DNA from: a virus
Lineage: Duplodnaviria > Caudoviricetes
Virus record (IMG/VR): IMGVR_UViG_3300032138_000002
Location: 64,001 to 128,000 of that record
Strand: one strand, 5' to 3'
DNA length: 64,000 bases
How positions within the stretch are numbered: the stretch's first letter is position 1; every line of letters begins with the position of its first letter. Of the stretch, positions 40,160 through 51,445 are shown one piece after another. The translations under genes and the position numbers were made by a program. The notes under the pieces are model-generated. The model was not told where the DNA came from and searched no databases. It saw nothing but the letters and a program-made list of their open reading frames with translations.

Positions 40160-40567
40160 TTATTTCACAATTATGTCAAGAACATCCGACTCATTTAAAT
40201 TGGCGATGCGGTAGACAACACGGACAACCAGAACATTGGGAGAGATCTGTTCATATGCCGATACTAGATTGCCCGTTGTCGTTCTGGTAAAAACTCCTAC
40301 AGAAATTAGTTCAACATAAGGCAAATAAATGGCGACCTGTGAGTTGATTCTACCCTGAATTGCCCCTTCGGTGGCTAGCGTCCCATTCTCAAATAAGAAG
40401 TTTCTTAACCCAACTCCAAATCCGGTTTCCATGATCTTCTCCCCGGGACTAGTCAAAATTAAATTTTTAAAATTTTGTTTAACATTGTCTTTTATATTCT
40501 GAATTGCGGTGTACGCGCCATTGGTTTCGTCCATGGTGAGGGGCAGTTGTGGTTGGATATTGGGCAT
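40160..40567 (-). CDS. Baseplate wedge protein gp25-like (GPW/gp25)
   Basis: QNFKNLILTSPGEKIM..GFGVGLRNFLFE...YLPYVEL. Confidence 0.9.
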   Translation of the reverse strand: MPNIQPQLPLTMDETNGAYTAIQNIKDNVKQNFKNLILTSPGEKIMETGFGVGLRNFLFENGTLATEGAIQGRINSQVAIYLPYVELISVGVFTRTTTGNLVSAYEQISPNVLVVRVVYRIANLNESDVLDIIVK

Positions 40568-43500
40568 TTATGTTTGTTCTCCTAATTTGATAATTTCTTT
40601 TTTTAGCTGATCTAAAAATGGGATAATTGCATTATTATATTCCGCGTTGTCGGATGATTGCATCGCCAACGTGTGTAATAAATATGTTGTATACAAAGAA
40701 TATATATCTTTTATAGGCAATATCTCATTAAACAAGGTGTCCCACGCGGTTCCCTCTTGTAATAGACATGCCAACTCTTTCCAAATTGTGTTGCCATAAA
40801 GATAGACTGGTGCGTGTGTGAAGGGTGATGGGATCTCATATTGGCCCGTCGGGTCCGGGCTTTCGGCGCCACCGCCCGATTTGGTATCTGCAACTTGGCC
40901 CGCGTAATCTCCGGAACCATATATCACGCTGCGGCGGGGGTCTATTCCGGATCCGGGGAGGTGGGGGATCCCCGCCACTGAATGTGGTAAAAGTTTAACA
41001 AATTCTCTTAAAGTGGCTGTTGCTGGATCAATGGCCGTCTCATTAAAAACATCTAATTCTGGGCTAGCTAGCGACTTGGCAGCTTCCGCAATTCGAAGTG
41101 TTAGGGGGATTTTTTGATAGGGGAAATGTTCGCCAATGTTTTGTAAACCAATAAGTGGTTCCTCTGTGCCCGCGGTTGAGGATGCGATAATAAATCGGAG
41201 GGGCATCCAAAGACGATCAAATAATATTTCATCCGGAGTACTGGCCGCTATTGCAGCTACAGGGTCCGAATTAAAAGCGATCGGAAGAAGATCGGGTGTT
41301 GCAGCGATGCCCGTGAGCGTCTGTTCCTCTTCGCCCTCCACTGTCCCACTAAACGTGTCCCAATAGGCAGCATCGTTGCCAAATAAACCCACTATACTGT
41401 CCCTCAAAAGATAGTTGAGGCGCACTCCCAGCTTGAGGTTGGGTAACAAATTAGATACAGTAATTGTATCGGAAGTACCGTCAGATGACGGATCCCGAAG
41501 GGAAATCTTTTTGTATACTCGTATTATGCGAATCGTCTTAGTTGTGGCGGTGACATACTGGTCGTCGTCTTCACTATCTTTATACTGGATACCGTTGATG
41601 AGCCCAGCCTTCTTAATAACTTGCCCTTCGTTGCCGAGTTCTGTTCCCTTCGAAGCAACGCCAAATTGGATCGGGACGCGCAGCGTTTGTTCTCTTTCTA
41701 CTATTGTGCCGGTATCTTGATCGAAAACCTTTGCAAGGTGATAAGCCTGTTCTGTGAAAATTGGTTCGGATACAGCTTTGTTAGTTTTCTCATTTAAGTT
41801 TAAGAACAGGTCTTTTAATTCTTTTATATTTTTAGGCAACGAAAACTTTCGGGTGGTCCCGCTGGGCAAATAGTTCCATGTCCCTATGTTGGTCCCGGGG
41901 GCGGACGCTTCTTTGGTGTTCTGTGCGGTAGTTTTTGATGTGAGGTCTAGCTGGGGTCCATACCACACATTGAGTTCTTCTCGACTAGTATAATATGTGT
42001 CTTCCCGCTGGCCGCTCAAAGGAAAGGTTACTGTCTCAGGGGCAGTTCCAGTATACCACGTGATTTCAGATGTTTTATAGGATGAAGGTGTCGAACCGCC
42101 ATAACCCACCTTATTCAAGAATGGGGCCGTGGCGAGGGCCCATGGAAAATATTTCTTCTTTGCCGCGGAATAAAAATTGCGAGTATCCCACGGGACCGCA
42201 CACCCGAGATATCGACCGCCGGCGCCGACCGACGTAGGGTTTCGCGCAGCCGCATTGGTATCTGGTTTCCGCTCAGCGTCGACTTCGTTATCTTCTAAAC
42301 CGGTCCAGGAACGTGTCCACCGGGCGTCTCTTAAGGGAACAGTCTCAAAAATATGGTTTTGTTCAATCGGGTTGAGTTGTGGGGTGATAAGACGTGTGCG
42401 GAGAATCCAATCCACATCATTTGAATTTAAAGTGCCGGCAGGGCCCCCTATAAAATTTTTCACGGATGGGCCATATGGCATATTAGAAATGCGACCACTA
42501 TAGTACCCAAACACTTTTGCGCTGTTTACCATGGTAGAAACCATGTCCCAGACAGGGGAATACCAAACGCCGGAGGCCGGGAGCCCATTTGTAACTTCCC
42601 AAGAATTATCTTCGTCAGGCGCGACGTACCAACCCAGTGGAATCATTAATTCTTTTTTATAATTATTTTCAAAATAAGATGCATCCCCCCCTATTATTTT
42701 TAATAGGTCTATTGTTTCTTCGGTAGAGAAAGTAATGGGGCGGCTAGAACTGTCGCTTTCAAATATAGCATCGCCGTCGGGGTGTTGTTGCAAATACGGG
42801 AATCTCTCTTTGATCTCCCCCCGCTTTTCTTCCCAGGAATCAAATATAGAAATATTCCCCAATGATGATGCTGCGGCTTGAGACGCGCCTTTCACATTAA
42901 TAGCGTCGAATTGAACAAAATTTTCAAAGAAAAAGCCGCCTCGTACTGGAATTTGTTCCTTTTTCCATTCCTCCAAGCTCAAATCATCGTCTGGAGTTTC
43001 TGTCGCCTCTAATACAGCTTTAGTTTGCCACACTAATGTATCTAAATCCGCGGGGATGATGGCGTCGGGCTTCGAGGCCCCTGTGGCTCCATATTTAGGA
43101 TTGGAGAACTGGGGAACACTATCTGTCCCTAAAAGACGAGTGTCGGCCCACATATTTTTATTTAAGACAGGGAAGCCGTAGTGATTATTTTGAGCCGATA
43201 CATCGAGCGGAAAGTTAGGGCCAAACGAAGCCTCCGGGTCGCAAGATGGCGCGTCTCCTGATGCAATTAACCCCGTTATGGTATCGTCCATGGGAGCCAG
43301 CGCATTATATTTAATATTATTCACGTCTAAACTTTCGTTATAACGCAGAAGTTTAATTTTTTGTAAATGTGCGTAAATTTCGGCGGTGAACTCTGTATTC
43401 TGGTTAGCTGCTGTGTTTAGCTGAGCGAGTACCTCCGGGTTGTTTAACAAATCAGAAGCTTGCGGATATGCGGCAAGGTAGCCAAGCAGATTAAACAATG

Positions 43501-46500
43501 CGGGGACCGTTTCCATTCTTTCTATTAGAACGAGAAATGATTCAAGTAACGCATCATTATTTTTAAGGGCCGGTGATTCGCTTAAATCACCTTTTTTGAA
43601 ATTAGATCTCGCTATCGTTTTAAAAAGTTGTTTGACTTCTTCAATTTTAAAAAAATCGTATTCCGATGATTGCAATTTTAACAACGTCGCCGGAAGATTG
43701 GACGGGCTAAATGTTGCTTCACCACCTTGCTCTCGACCAATCATTAGTCTACCCACTAGACTATTACACATTTCGTTCCAAAGGGTGGCCGGCCCAAGAG
43801 GATCATCCGAATAAGCATTTCCGGCAGAGGATACATCGCCGAGGAGTACATCCTGAGGAGCTAAGGATTGTTGGGAAACCACCTCGGCCAATTTCTGACC
43901 AGAAGCTTCAGTGCCCCATGCAGTGCTTTTGGGGGTCCATATAAGTGGGGGGGCAAAATTTAAGTTTTTTATTGTATTAACAGTGGATAACAAATAATCT
44001 CTAATTGTTCCAATCATTGTGTAGGCTTCTTCTACTGTTAATTCGAGAGGGGCGTCACTGAAACTTCCTAATAATGAATTTAGCTCTTGGATTGCCGATG
44101 ACAGTGTGTTTTGCACCATTGTTAATAGACCACTGGGAAGGTTATGTGCCTCTATCTGTGTCTCTACCATAATTAGCGTCCCGCGGGCGTGACTTAGATT
44201 ATCAAGCGATGCTTGAATAACCTCGGAAAAGTTTCCTTCTGCCTTGTAAGGAAGGGTTGGATCCCCAAAAACCACAGGGTGTATTTGTGCTTGGGACAAA
44301 CTTTGAAGAGGGCCTGGTGTCACTCCTGCGGGACCATGTTCAATTAGGTTCGCGGCAGGCTCTAAGAGTAGATTATCGTCTCCGGAAAATACATCGGCAG
44401 CGGCGCCGCCCTTTTTCCAGAAACCACTTATTTTGGTCGTTTCATAAGGAAGGGTAAATGTAAAAAGTTCGAAAAAAGTAGCAAAGTTAGACCCCAAATC
44501 TGCGGCAGGATCCTGTGTCCTTTTTATTAGTGCTGCCGCGATATCTGCCATCACATCGTCATAAAGATCTTCTTTTACTCCATCAAAATAATTATTGGCT
44601 ATTTTTTGACGGGCTGTTTTATGAACAGCCGAATCTACTAGTATATTCTTCAAGTCTTGTTCGGGATTAGCATCCGTATTATTCACGCCATTTATCATAT
44701 CCATTAGCGATTTCCCCACCTCTTTTTTTAACAATTGGTCGGCAGCTAACTGATCCGCAATATCGCCCGGGCTTAATCCTATGGCGGCTAATGTTCTCGT
44801 GTGTTCGGCATATTTGCCGTCCCCGTCGTTGCATATATCGTATCCGCTCAAGCTCTCAGTAATATTATATATTTCCTCTATTTGTTCACAGATAGATAAA
44901 TCAGCTAGATCACCTATACTTTTATAAAAATATATTAAAGATTTCCGAATAGTGAACTTTTGATTAATAATTTCATACCCATGATCTTCATTAAAATAAT
45001 ATACGCGATCGATGAGACTATTGGAGGGGGTGCCACCCAACAATCGGCAAATATCTAAAGGAGTTAACACCAAAAATAATTGTGTAATGTATTTTACAAA
45101 ATCAATATCGACGTCGAGGTGATCATCCATGTTGGGGGGAAACTTCAAAGCTTCGGGAGAAAGGGAACCGGCGGTGGGGAGGCGCCCTGTTCTAGAAGCC
45201 TGAGGCGGACATAAACTGTTCAGCCGTTCAATGAGTTCATTGATTCTCTGAATTACTAGTCTTTCTACCAATCCATCGATATAATTTTGCATCCGGTCTT
45301 GCATCGTTTGCAATCGTTGGGCCGGGCTCACCCCATCCACCCCTAGGGCTTTTTGTGCAAATCCCAACGCATCGTAAATATTGATATTAATATTGATTTT
45401 ACCGGGACAATGTTTTTTGGCAGGGAGTTCGTCATCTATCCTATTGTATAAGTTGGTGACGGCGGACGTCCCAGTCTGTGATAGCATTTCATACATTTCT
45501 TTAATATTGGCTACCAGTATGGCGGCGCCGCCTACAATAACCATACAAATTACTGTTTTAGTGTCTTTAGTAAGCGCATTGACGACGCCTTCAATGTCTC
45601 TAGGCTCTAAAAGTTCTACCTCTTTATCTTTAAGTGTCTTTTGTTTTGTAGAGTGAATCGGGGATGTTTTAGATACTATTTTAAAATCAGATACTAAACT
45701 TTTCCATGTTTTAGCGCCCACCACTCCATCTTTTTTTAGGGAGGACCCTCCTTGGTATGATTTAACCATTCGCTTAGTTTTTGGGCCAAAGATGCCGTCT
45801 ATTTTTAAAGGGCGCATTCCTTCAACCTCTATGGGCTTTATATCATTAGGGGAACCGGGGACGGGTTCGGTAATGTAGTCGGGACCAAATATCATTAAAT
45901 TAAGCAATGTTTGTAATAGTTCTACTAACTTACCTTCATTTCCGCTTCTTAGTGTTTTTAAATTTTCACTCTCGGGAAGGGTCATCTGGGGAGCTTCCTC
46001 GGCCGCTAAAGCATCTGCTGCCGCGGTGGCAACGTCGCCGACTGTCGTATCGAAGAACCCTTCGAGATCTCGATAGGCCTCTAATATTTCAGGGTCGTTG
46101 TTGACACCAGAAATAATACCATTAGTTGCGGCGCGCTTCATTTCTCCGAGAAGCTGCTGGTATATCGCCTCTCCGTCGAAAATGGTTTCGCCCGTTGCCG
46201 GGTTGACTTGATGAATGTTGCGTATTTGCTCTAAATAATAAACAGCTTTTTCCGGATCTCCGAAAATAGCCGTTAATGTTGTGTCACAAAACATGTCAAT
46301 AATATCTTCAATTGTAAAAGTGATATTCATACATGCCAGGGCGCGTTCGGCAAGCTCCCTGATGGTTACTTTAGACAATATTTTTCTTTGTGCTTCCAAC
46401 AGGGACGTAATTTTAGTCCCCTGATGTGACATATCGATCATAAAATTATCTCGGATATCAGTAACTTGAGTATCTAAAATTGTATTATGTTGACGACGAT

Positions 46501-48298
46501 TAGTACTATTGTTCAGTTGAACCTGCTCTCCGCGGACCTGTTCAGCGGTTTGGGGGACCGGGGGTTCCTCCTTAATTTCTTCAATGGCGTTTGCGATGGG
46601 GGCTATGTTAGCTTTTTTGCGGCGGCCGTCGAGATAACGATCGCCATCCGGATCGAAATACTTTAAAGTAGTATCAGATAACTGAATATATTTACGCACA
46701 AATTCAGATAAAGGCAATGGGCCCGAACTATCTATAGAACTTTCATCCGTGGAAACTTCTATTTTCTCAATAGAGACACAATCCCCATCACCTGAAGAAT
46801 CGAACTTAGCCAAATTTATAAGGAAATTCACCGCCCTTTCGTCGGAAAGGGATGAAAAAAAGAGGGGCCCTATCTGTCCGGTATTATTGTTAATCTTGTC
46901 TAGCGCAGAGGGAGAGTTATTTAAATTAAGGGGGGCGCTTTTATAATAACTTTTAATATATTTATCTATTTTAGCCTGTCCGAGTGTGTTACCTTCGGGA
47001 TCGACTTCGGCTCCTAAAATATCTGAGTCAAAATCATTTGGTGAATTAAGGTACTCGAACTTATCAATAACATTACGCGTGAACATGAGGCCATATGTGG
47101 CCACATTTGACTTAAATTCTTTCTCTAGCTCAACAAAAAGATCGCCGATCTTTTTCTTTTCGTTGGTCACTTTTGACCCCACCGCCACAGTCGTCTTGCC
47201 ATCGCTTACGGTGGCAGCTACCGGTGGCTCTGTCTCCACCGCCTCAACTTCTGTAAACGTTAATGGTGCGGATACCTTTATTTGACTATTCACTGTCCAT
47301 CTCGCCGAGATAAGATCGATAATTTCTTGGCCTGTTTTTTCAATATTTTTAAGTATTTTCGCCAATTTACGTGTTTTACGTACCACATACATTACTTTTA
47401 ATTCATTTCGGTTAATGAACATATAAAAAGGGCTATTCAGAGAAATTTTGTTCACCTTGAGATATTCCTGCACATCATTCTGTAATCGCTCTAGAGTGAA
47501 TATCTCCCCAGCCCACGTAACATCGCCGAAATTATCAAAATATACCCACTCATTATTTTGAGGCCTTTTGTCAAGATCTTGATAATATTCAAGTCTTTCT
47601 ATAAAACCACCCAACTGAGAGGTAAAATCAGTGTAATCATCAAAAGAAAGGATATAGAGGGGGTCAACGATATCTTTGAAAGTCTCGTGTTCTTCCTGTT
47701 CAGAAAACCGTTGATTGTCTATTTTTAATGCGAGTGCTCCCAAATTTAAAGTACTATCTTCCCATGGGCGCGGGGCACGAATGAGATTTTTAAATCGTTT
47801 GCCATCATAAGTAATTTTAATTCGTATAAAACCGGTAGCCACTTCCTCGGAGGTGAATTCTGTCTCACCACCCATCATCATATCAATTATTACCGGTTCC
47901 ACTACGGGTTCAGATTCTGTTATTTTGTTATCAACCCAATCGACTTCGGCAAAGGGGCCCTGGTCTAATGCAGCGCTTGCGGCGGTGGATCCTTGGGTTT
48001 CATAAAGTATCTGCGGGCCCAGTTCAAATATCCCGGAAATATCTTTACCGTATTTAAAAGCGATCATCATCAGGCCCAGCATTTTGTAATGATCGGCGCG
48101 CGGGGCATTGACTGTCGCGGGGGCGTTGGACATATAGGCGCCCTGATTTATCGTTATATTAGGTTTCTCAACATAGAGATAGTTCCCCACATCTTGTGTG
48201 GCCCCGGAGGGTAGTTTGAGACGAAAAATAATATTATAATCCCCATTTCCATCAATATAGGGTTCGTTAACGGGTATATTTGTCCAGTCTTCTGCCAT
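40568..48298 (-). CDS. 2576-aa virion protein containing a peptidoglycan-binding (PG_binding_1-like) domain
   Basis: TLRSGNEGKLVELLQTLL...IDGIFGPKT...YQ....LKKDGVVGAKTW at about 45690-45960; located between spike and gp25. Confidence 0.65.
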   Translation of the reverse strand: MAEDWTNIPVNEPYIDGNGDYNIIFRLKLPSGATQDVGNYLYVEKPNITINQGAYMSNAPATVNAPRADHYKMLGLMMIAFKYGKDISGIFELGPQILYETQGSTAASAALDQGPFAEVDWVDNKITESEPVVEPVIIDMMMGGETEFTSEEVATGFIRIKITYDGKRFKNLIRAPRPWEDSTLNLGALALKIDNQRFSEQEEHETFKDIVDPLYILSFDDYTDFTSQLGGFIERLEYYQDLDKRPQNNEWVYFDNFGDVTWAGEIFTLERLQNDVQEYLKVNKISLNSPFYMFINRNELKVMYVVRKTRKLAKILKNIEKTGQEIIDLISARWTVNSQIKVSAPLTFTEVEAVETEPPVAATVSDGKTTVAVGSKVTNEKKKIGDLFVELEKEFKSNVATYGLMFTRNVIDKFEYLNSPNDFDSDILGAEVDPEGNTLGQAKIDKYIKSYYKSAPLNLNNSPSALDKINNNTGQIGPLFFSSLSDERAVNFLINLAKFDSSGDGDCVSIEKIEVSTDESSIDSSGPLPLSEFVRKYIQLSDTTLKYFDPDGDRYLDGRRKKANIAPIANAIEEIKEEPPVPQTAEQVRGEQVQLNNSTNRRQHNTILDTQVTDIRDNFMIDMSHQGTKITSLLEAQRKILSKVTIRELAERALACMNITFTIEDIIDMFCDTTLTAIFGDPEKAVYYLEQIRNIHQVNPATGETIFDGEAIYQQLLGEMKRAATNGIISGVNNDPEILEAYRDLEGFFDTTVGDVATAAADALAAEEAPQMTLPESENLKTLRSGNEGKLVELLQTLLNLMIFGPDYITEPVPGSPNDIKPIEVEGMRPLKIDGIFGPKTKRMVKSYQGGSSLKKDGVVGAKTWKSLVSDFKIVSKTSPIHSTKQKTLKDKEVELLEPRDIEGVVNALTKDTKTVICMVIVGGAAILVANIKEMYEMLSQTGTSAVTNLYNRIDDELPAKKHCPGKINININIYDALGFAQKALGVDGVSPAQRLQTMQDRMQNYIDGLVERLVIQRINELIERLNSLCPPQASRTGRLPTAGSLSPEALKFPPNMDDHLDVDIDFVKYITQLFLVLTPLDICRLLGGTPSNSLIDRVYYFNEDHGYEIINQKFTIRKSLIYFYKSIGDLADLSICEQIEEIYNITESLSGYDICNDGDGKYAEHTRTLAAIGLSPGDIADQLAADQLLKKEVGKSLMDMINGVNNTDANPEQDLKNILVDSAVHKTARQKIANNYFDGVKEDLYDDVMADIAAALIKRTQDPAADLGSNFATFFELFTFTLPYETTKISGFWKKGGAAADVFSGDDNLLLEPAANLIEHGPAGVTPGPLQSLSQAQIHPVVFGDPTLPYKAEGNFSEVIQASLDNLSHARGTLIMVETQIEAHNLPSGLLTMVQNTLSSAIQELNSLLGSFSDAPLELTVEEAYTMIGTIRDYLLSTVNTIKNLNFAPPLIWTPKSTAWGTEASGQKLAEVVSQQSLAPQDVLLGDVSSAGNAYSDDPLGPATLWNEMCNSLVGRLMIGREQGGEATFSPSNLPATLLKLQSSEYDFFKIEEVKQLFKTIARSNFKKGDLSESPALKNNDALLESFLVLIERMETVPALFNLLGYLAAYPQASDLLNNPEVLAQLNTAANQNTEFTAEIYAHLQKIKLLRYNESLDVNNIKYNALAPMDDTITGLIASGDAPSCDPEASFGPNFPLDVSAQNNHYGFPVLNKNMWADTRLLGTDSVPQFSNPKYGATGASKPDAIIPADLDTLVWQTKAVLEATETPDDDLSLEEWKKEQIPVRGGFFFENFVQFDAINVKGASQAAASSLGNISIFDSWEEKRGEIKERFPYLQQHPDGDAIFESDSSSRPITFSTEETIDLLKIIGGDASYFENNYKKELMIPLGWYVAPDEDNSWEVTNGLPASGVWYSPVWDMVSTMVNSAKVFGYYSGRISNMPYGPSVKNFIGGPAGTLNSNDVDWILRTRLITPQLNPIEQNHIFETVPLRDARWTRSWTGLEDNEVDAERKPDTNAAARNPTSVGAGGRYLGCAVPWDTRNFYSAAKKKYFPWALATAPFLNKVGYGGSTPSSYKTSEITWYTGTAPETVTFPLSGQREDTYYTSREELNVWYGPQLDLTSKTTAQNTKEASAPGTNIGTWNYLPSGTTRKFSLPKNIKELKDLFLNLNEKTNKAVSEPIFTEQAYHLAKVFDQDTGTIVEREQTLRVPIQFGVASKGTELGNEGQVIKKAGLINGIQYKDSEDDDQYVTATTKTIRIIRVYKKISLRDPSSDGTSDTITVSNLLPNLKLGVRLNYLLRDSIVGLFGNDAAYWDTFSGTVEGEEEQTLTGIAATPDLLPIAFNSDPVAAIAASTPDEILFDRLWMPLRFIIASSTAGTEEPLIGLQNIGEHFPYQKIPLTLRIAEAAKSLASPELDVFNETAIDPATATLREFVKLLPHSVAGIPHLPGSGIDPRRSVIYGSGDYAGQVADTKSGGGAESPDPTGQYEIPSPFTHAPVYLYGNTIWKELACLLQEGTAWDTLFNEILPIKDIYSLYTTYLLHTLAMQSSDNAEYNNAIIPFLDQLKKEIIKLGEQT

Positions 48299-48300
48299 AA

Positions 48301-49377
48301 TTAATTAGTTAATACTCCATCACTGCAAATATACTTTGCGCCGGGGGAGTTTTTAACGGGCTTGTCTGTTGGCGGTTTAAGGAATGTATTGGCAATCTCT
48401 ATGGTTTTTTTAGCGCTCTTATCAGCTAAATCTGCCTGCTGATTTGAAATTTTACCGTTTGTGGTCCCAATGCCGCGTGATGCTTTTTTTACATCGCTTT
48501 TTTTGGATGGCATCGTTACTTGAAGTCCTAGGGACGCTGCGATAGCTCCTCCGGCGTTGGGGGGGTGGGTATGACCGCTAATATCTTTGAGTGCTGATGA
48601 TATCTTGGAAAGTGCCTTTGTGTTTTCCTTATTAATTTCCCCTTGATACTCTAAGAAATTATACATTTCATTTCGTATAATACCGATGTAATCTAAAATT
48701 CCATTAAGGCAATCTACAAGGTTTTGTCCTTTTACCACGGGTTGCATATTAATTCCCTCCGTAGGGTGCGTCATAGCAATTAAATTTATTAGCCCTCTAG
48801 AGAACTTTTGGGCCCCTTTGGAATTTACTGTGTCAGTTCCTGCTACAATTTTTATGCTCGATCGAGCACAAACCCTTGTGGAATCGGCGTTTAAGGCGAT
48901 GGCAGATTTACTTTTTATGTCACCGATCGATCCGGGTGGAAGGCTCAAGTATTCGTCGACGTTACCCTTTTGAGTAATTAATATTTTTGCAGCATCCGAC
49001 TTAAAATTGGTTTGGTAATAACGATCGTTTCGTGGATCAGCGCTCATTGGACCGGCAACTAAGTGAATGGCGCCGGCTCCTGTTTGGTCCCAGAGACCCC
49101 CTTTACCGTCCATATCTTTACCGAGAATTACAAAAGCCCCATACTCCCCTTCCAGATAATTGCCTTTAGGGGCTTTTCTAATAATGGGTTGAGGGTCTAT
49201 GTCCGGACCCATCAGTTCTTGTTGCTCTGGTGCGAGCCCGTCATATTTACCCGCGTTTATTATAAGACCCTTGTTATCAATCGATTTTGTTTGGGTTTTA
49301 GCAGGCGTTTTTGTCAAGGATGCCTCAACTTCCCTCTGTAGTTCTTCTCGTGTGAATATTTGATTATTTGTCGTCAT
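48301..49377 (-). CDS. Baseplate spike (gp5 C-terminal/gpV-like)
   Basis: Beta-rich region, PVVKGQNL, and HTH metal-binding tip motif SGHTHP; position downstream of the gp5 OB-fold-like gene. Confidence 0.65.
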   Translation of the reverse strand: MTTNNQIFTREELQREVEASLTKTPAKTQTKSIDNKGLIINAGKYDGLAPEQQELMGPDIDPQPIIRKAPKGNYLEGEYGAFVILGKDMDGKGGLWDQTGAGAIHLVAGPMSADPRNDRYYQTNFKSDAAKILITQKGNVDEYLSLPPGSIGDIKSKSAIALNADSTRVCARSSIKIVAGTDTVNSKGAQKFSRGLINLIAMTHPTEGINMQPVVKGQNLVDCLNGILDYIGIIRNEMYNFLEYQGEINKENTKALSKISSALKDISGHTHPPNAGGAIAASLGLQVTMPSKKSDVKKASRGIGTTNGKISNQQADLADKSAKKTIEIANTFLKPPTDKPVKNSPGAKYICSDGVLTN

Positions 49378-49417
49378 TTCATAGCCTATTAGTGTAATTA
49401 CTTCCTCGTAATCATTA

Positions 49418-51442
49418 TTAAACTAAAGGTACCACTGTGTTAAAAGCTGGCTCGGGTTCGGGCTTACCGTTCCTCTTGTAAACTCCCGGATTTAGCGTGC
49501 GCTGCCCCAGTAACTCTTTACCCGCTCTAATAAATGCGTTATTTTGGCCCGCCCAACCATAGCGTAAGTCACTTATATAACATCTTCCGTTGACATTGCC
49601 GTATTGACGTCCGACATAGCTAAGCCAGTCACTGTTACCAGTGGACAGAAGGGCTCCAACGCTGGCATAAAAAGCGTCGTGAGGACTGGCTCCCTTATAG
49701 CGGCTGTAGCCATAATAAGTATAAAAAGAGCCGTCTTGGTGGTGGCCGCCGTAAGCATGATTGGTCATTCCTTGATCCAACTCTGAGCCTTTCCCCAGCG
49801 AGTTAGCCTGCCAAAATGCCATAGTCACCTTTGACATTTTACTCTTTTTGACAATGGGAACACGCCACCATGGAAAGCATTTTTTAGCCCACTTGGATTC
49901 ATCGGGCTCCCACCCATAGTCAACGCCGTACAGAATATCACCACCCAGTGGAATTCCTGGGCCGGTGCCAAGTTCTTGATATGGGAACCGCAAGGGCACC
50001 TTCATATACGATGCATTTTCAGCATATGCGCTGCCGTTGTTAGCAATGTCTTGACAAAGTATCCACGATGTTTCAAGCTGAGCCAACGTTGGAAGCTGGT
50101 AAAAAGAGTTTCTTCCCAGGGTTAGGGCAATTTGTTTATTTAATTTAAAAGTAGAATCAGCACTTGCCGCATTGGCCACAGGCTTACCAAGCCCTAAAAT
50201 ATAGTAACCGCCGGCTTCACAAACCTTTGCCATCGAAAAACTGCCGCCGGTAGAGGCTCCGTAAAACTCAATCCCCGGGGCGGCCTGGGAAATCCAGTTA
50301 CAATTAGCAATAAGCTCATCAAATGGCGCGCAATGGGTGATCTTGCCGTCTGTTGTGGCCCACATGTGTACTCCTGGGACCTTACCGGCCGCGGAAGCTT
50401 CAGCCTTTGTCTTTCCCGCATCTAAAGCTGCGTAGTATCTGTCAGTTCTTTTTGTAAACGATTGAGGGCCTTTAAACGGGAATTTGTCGATTTGGTCGGC
50501 GCGCCTTGCCGCAACCGCTGTTTCGTGTATACAAAACATTGTTACACCCCTCTTCATATATTTAATATGGTGGGGATATCGACCCTTAAAACGAACAGCC
50601 AAGGGGTCATATCCAGCTTTTTCTTTGCACGTCAGCCAGTTTATGATTTGTAGCCGAGGATCATAAGTTCCGGCCAACTTACTTTGAAAAGGGCCATTCG
50701 GATCATTGGGGTCTGCGCCACCTTGCGTTACGCTATATTTAGCTGGTCCTTTTTGGTACATTCCTGGAAGAGGGAAGGCTTGAGCGTCTGTAAAAGCTGG
50801 AATATTTCCGGGGCCCGAATGATTGGCTACATTCTGAGACGTCGATCCCAGTGGCCCGGGTGTTCCATTGTTGTATTGCTGCTGTGTATTCTGGGGTTTG
50901 TAGGGGGTGGGGGTCCTACCTATGCACGACTGTTCTCGACTGTTTGCTTTTCCCAGAAGCTCGGGGCCGGTTTGGGTAGTGTAATCATTATACGCCACGC
51001 GTACAACATCATAAGGTTTTATTTCCTCAGTTAACCCAGCGGGGTTGTTTCTATTGATAAATATATCGTGCTTTACAATAGCATTAATATCGCGGGTGGA
51101 CATGTCGACAAACGTTTTTTCGAATGTCCAGTGAAAGAAATCTTTCATGGGAGGCGATGCTGGGCCCGGGATTACAGTTGGTGCTTCAGACTGGTGAAAG
51201 CCCGGGATGCGGGCCATGACCTGTGTGTATCCCTCGGTGTCTTTTCGTGTCGCCAGAACTATGGCAAGAAGATAAGGGGGCGTTAGCTGTGGGCCACTTT
51301 TATTTATAAAATGCGACCGCATCTCAGAATCTAGATCGGCCGTGCTCCCGTGGGTCGAAACATAGGGAGAAGGGCGGCGCGAATAAATAATAGGATTAAG
51401 AGCGGATGCCGCAGGATCCTCATAGTGTACTAATAAAGACAT
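49418..51442 (-). CDS. Baseplate hub gp5-like protein: N-terminal OB-fold-like region plus N-acetylmuramoyl-L-alanine amidase-like domain
   Basis: ARIP...DVVRV in the N-terminal part; FCIHET, VH....DGKI, GIEF, PTLAQL, NH.....HQD follows the Amidase_2 pattern. Confidence 0.6.
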   Translation of the reverse strand: MSLLVHYEDPAASALNPIIYSRRPSPYVSTHGSTADLDSEMRSHFINKSGPQLTPPYLLAIVLATRKDTEGYTQVMARIPGFHQSEAPTVIPGPASPPMKDFFHWTFEKTFVDMSTRDINAIVKHDIFINRNNPAGLTEEIKPYDVVRVAYNDYTTQTGPELLGKANSREQSCIGRTPTPYKPQNTQQQYNNGTPGPLGSTSQNVANHSGPGNIPAFTDAQAFPLPGMYQKGPAKYSVTQGGADPNDPNGPFQSKLAGTYDPRLQIINWLTCKEKAGYDPLAVRFKGRYPHHIKYMKRGVTMFCIHETAVAARRADQIDKFPFKGPQSFTKRTDRYYAALDAGKTKAEASAAGKVPGVHMWATTDGKITHCAPFDELIANCNWISQAAPGIEFYGASTGGSFSMAKVCEAGGYYILGLGKPVANAASADSTFKLNKQIALTLGRNSFYQLPTLAQLETSWILCQDIANNGSAYAENASYMKVPLRFPYQELGTGPGIPLGGDILYGVDYGWEPDESKWAKKCFPWWRVPIVKKSKMSKVTMAFWQANSLGKGSELDQGMTNHAYGGHHQDGSFYTYYGYSRYKGASPHDAFYASVGALLSTGNSDWLSYVGRQYGNVNGRCYISDLRYGWAGQNNAFIRAGKELLGQRTLNPGVYKRNGKPEPEPAFNTVVPLV

Positions 51443-51445
51443 TCA

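Noticed and set aside
40568-48298. 2576-aa protein as the tape measure protein
   Set aside because: It lacks the Ala/Gly-rich periodic helical character and lies between spike and gp25 rather than after tube/chaperone genes; function left open
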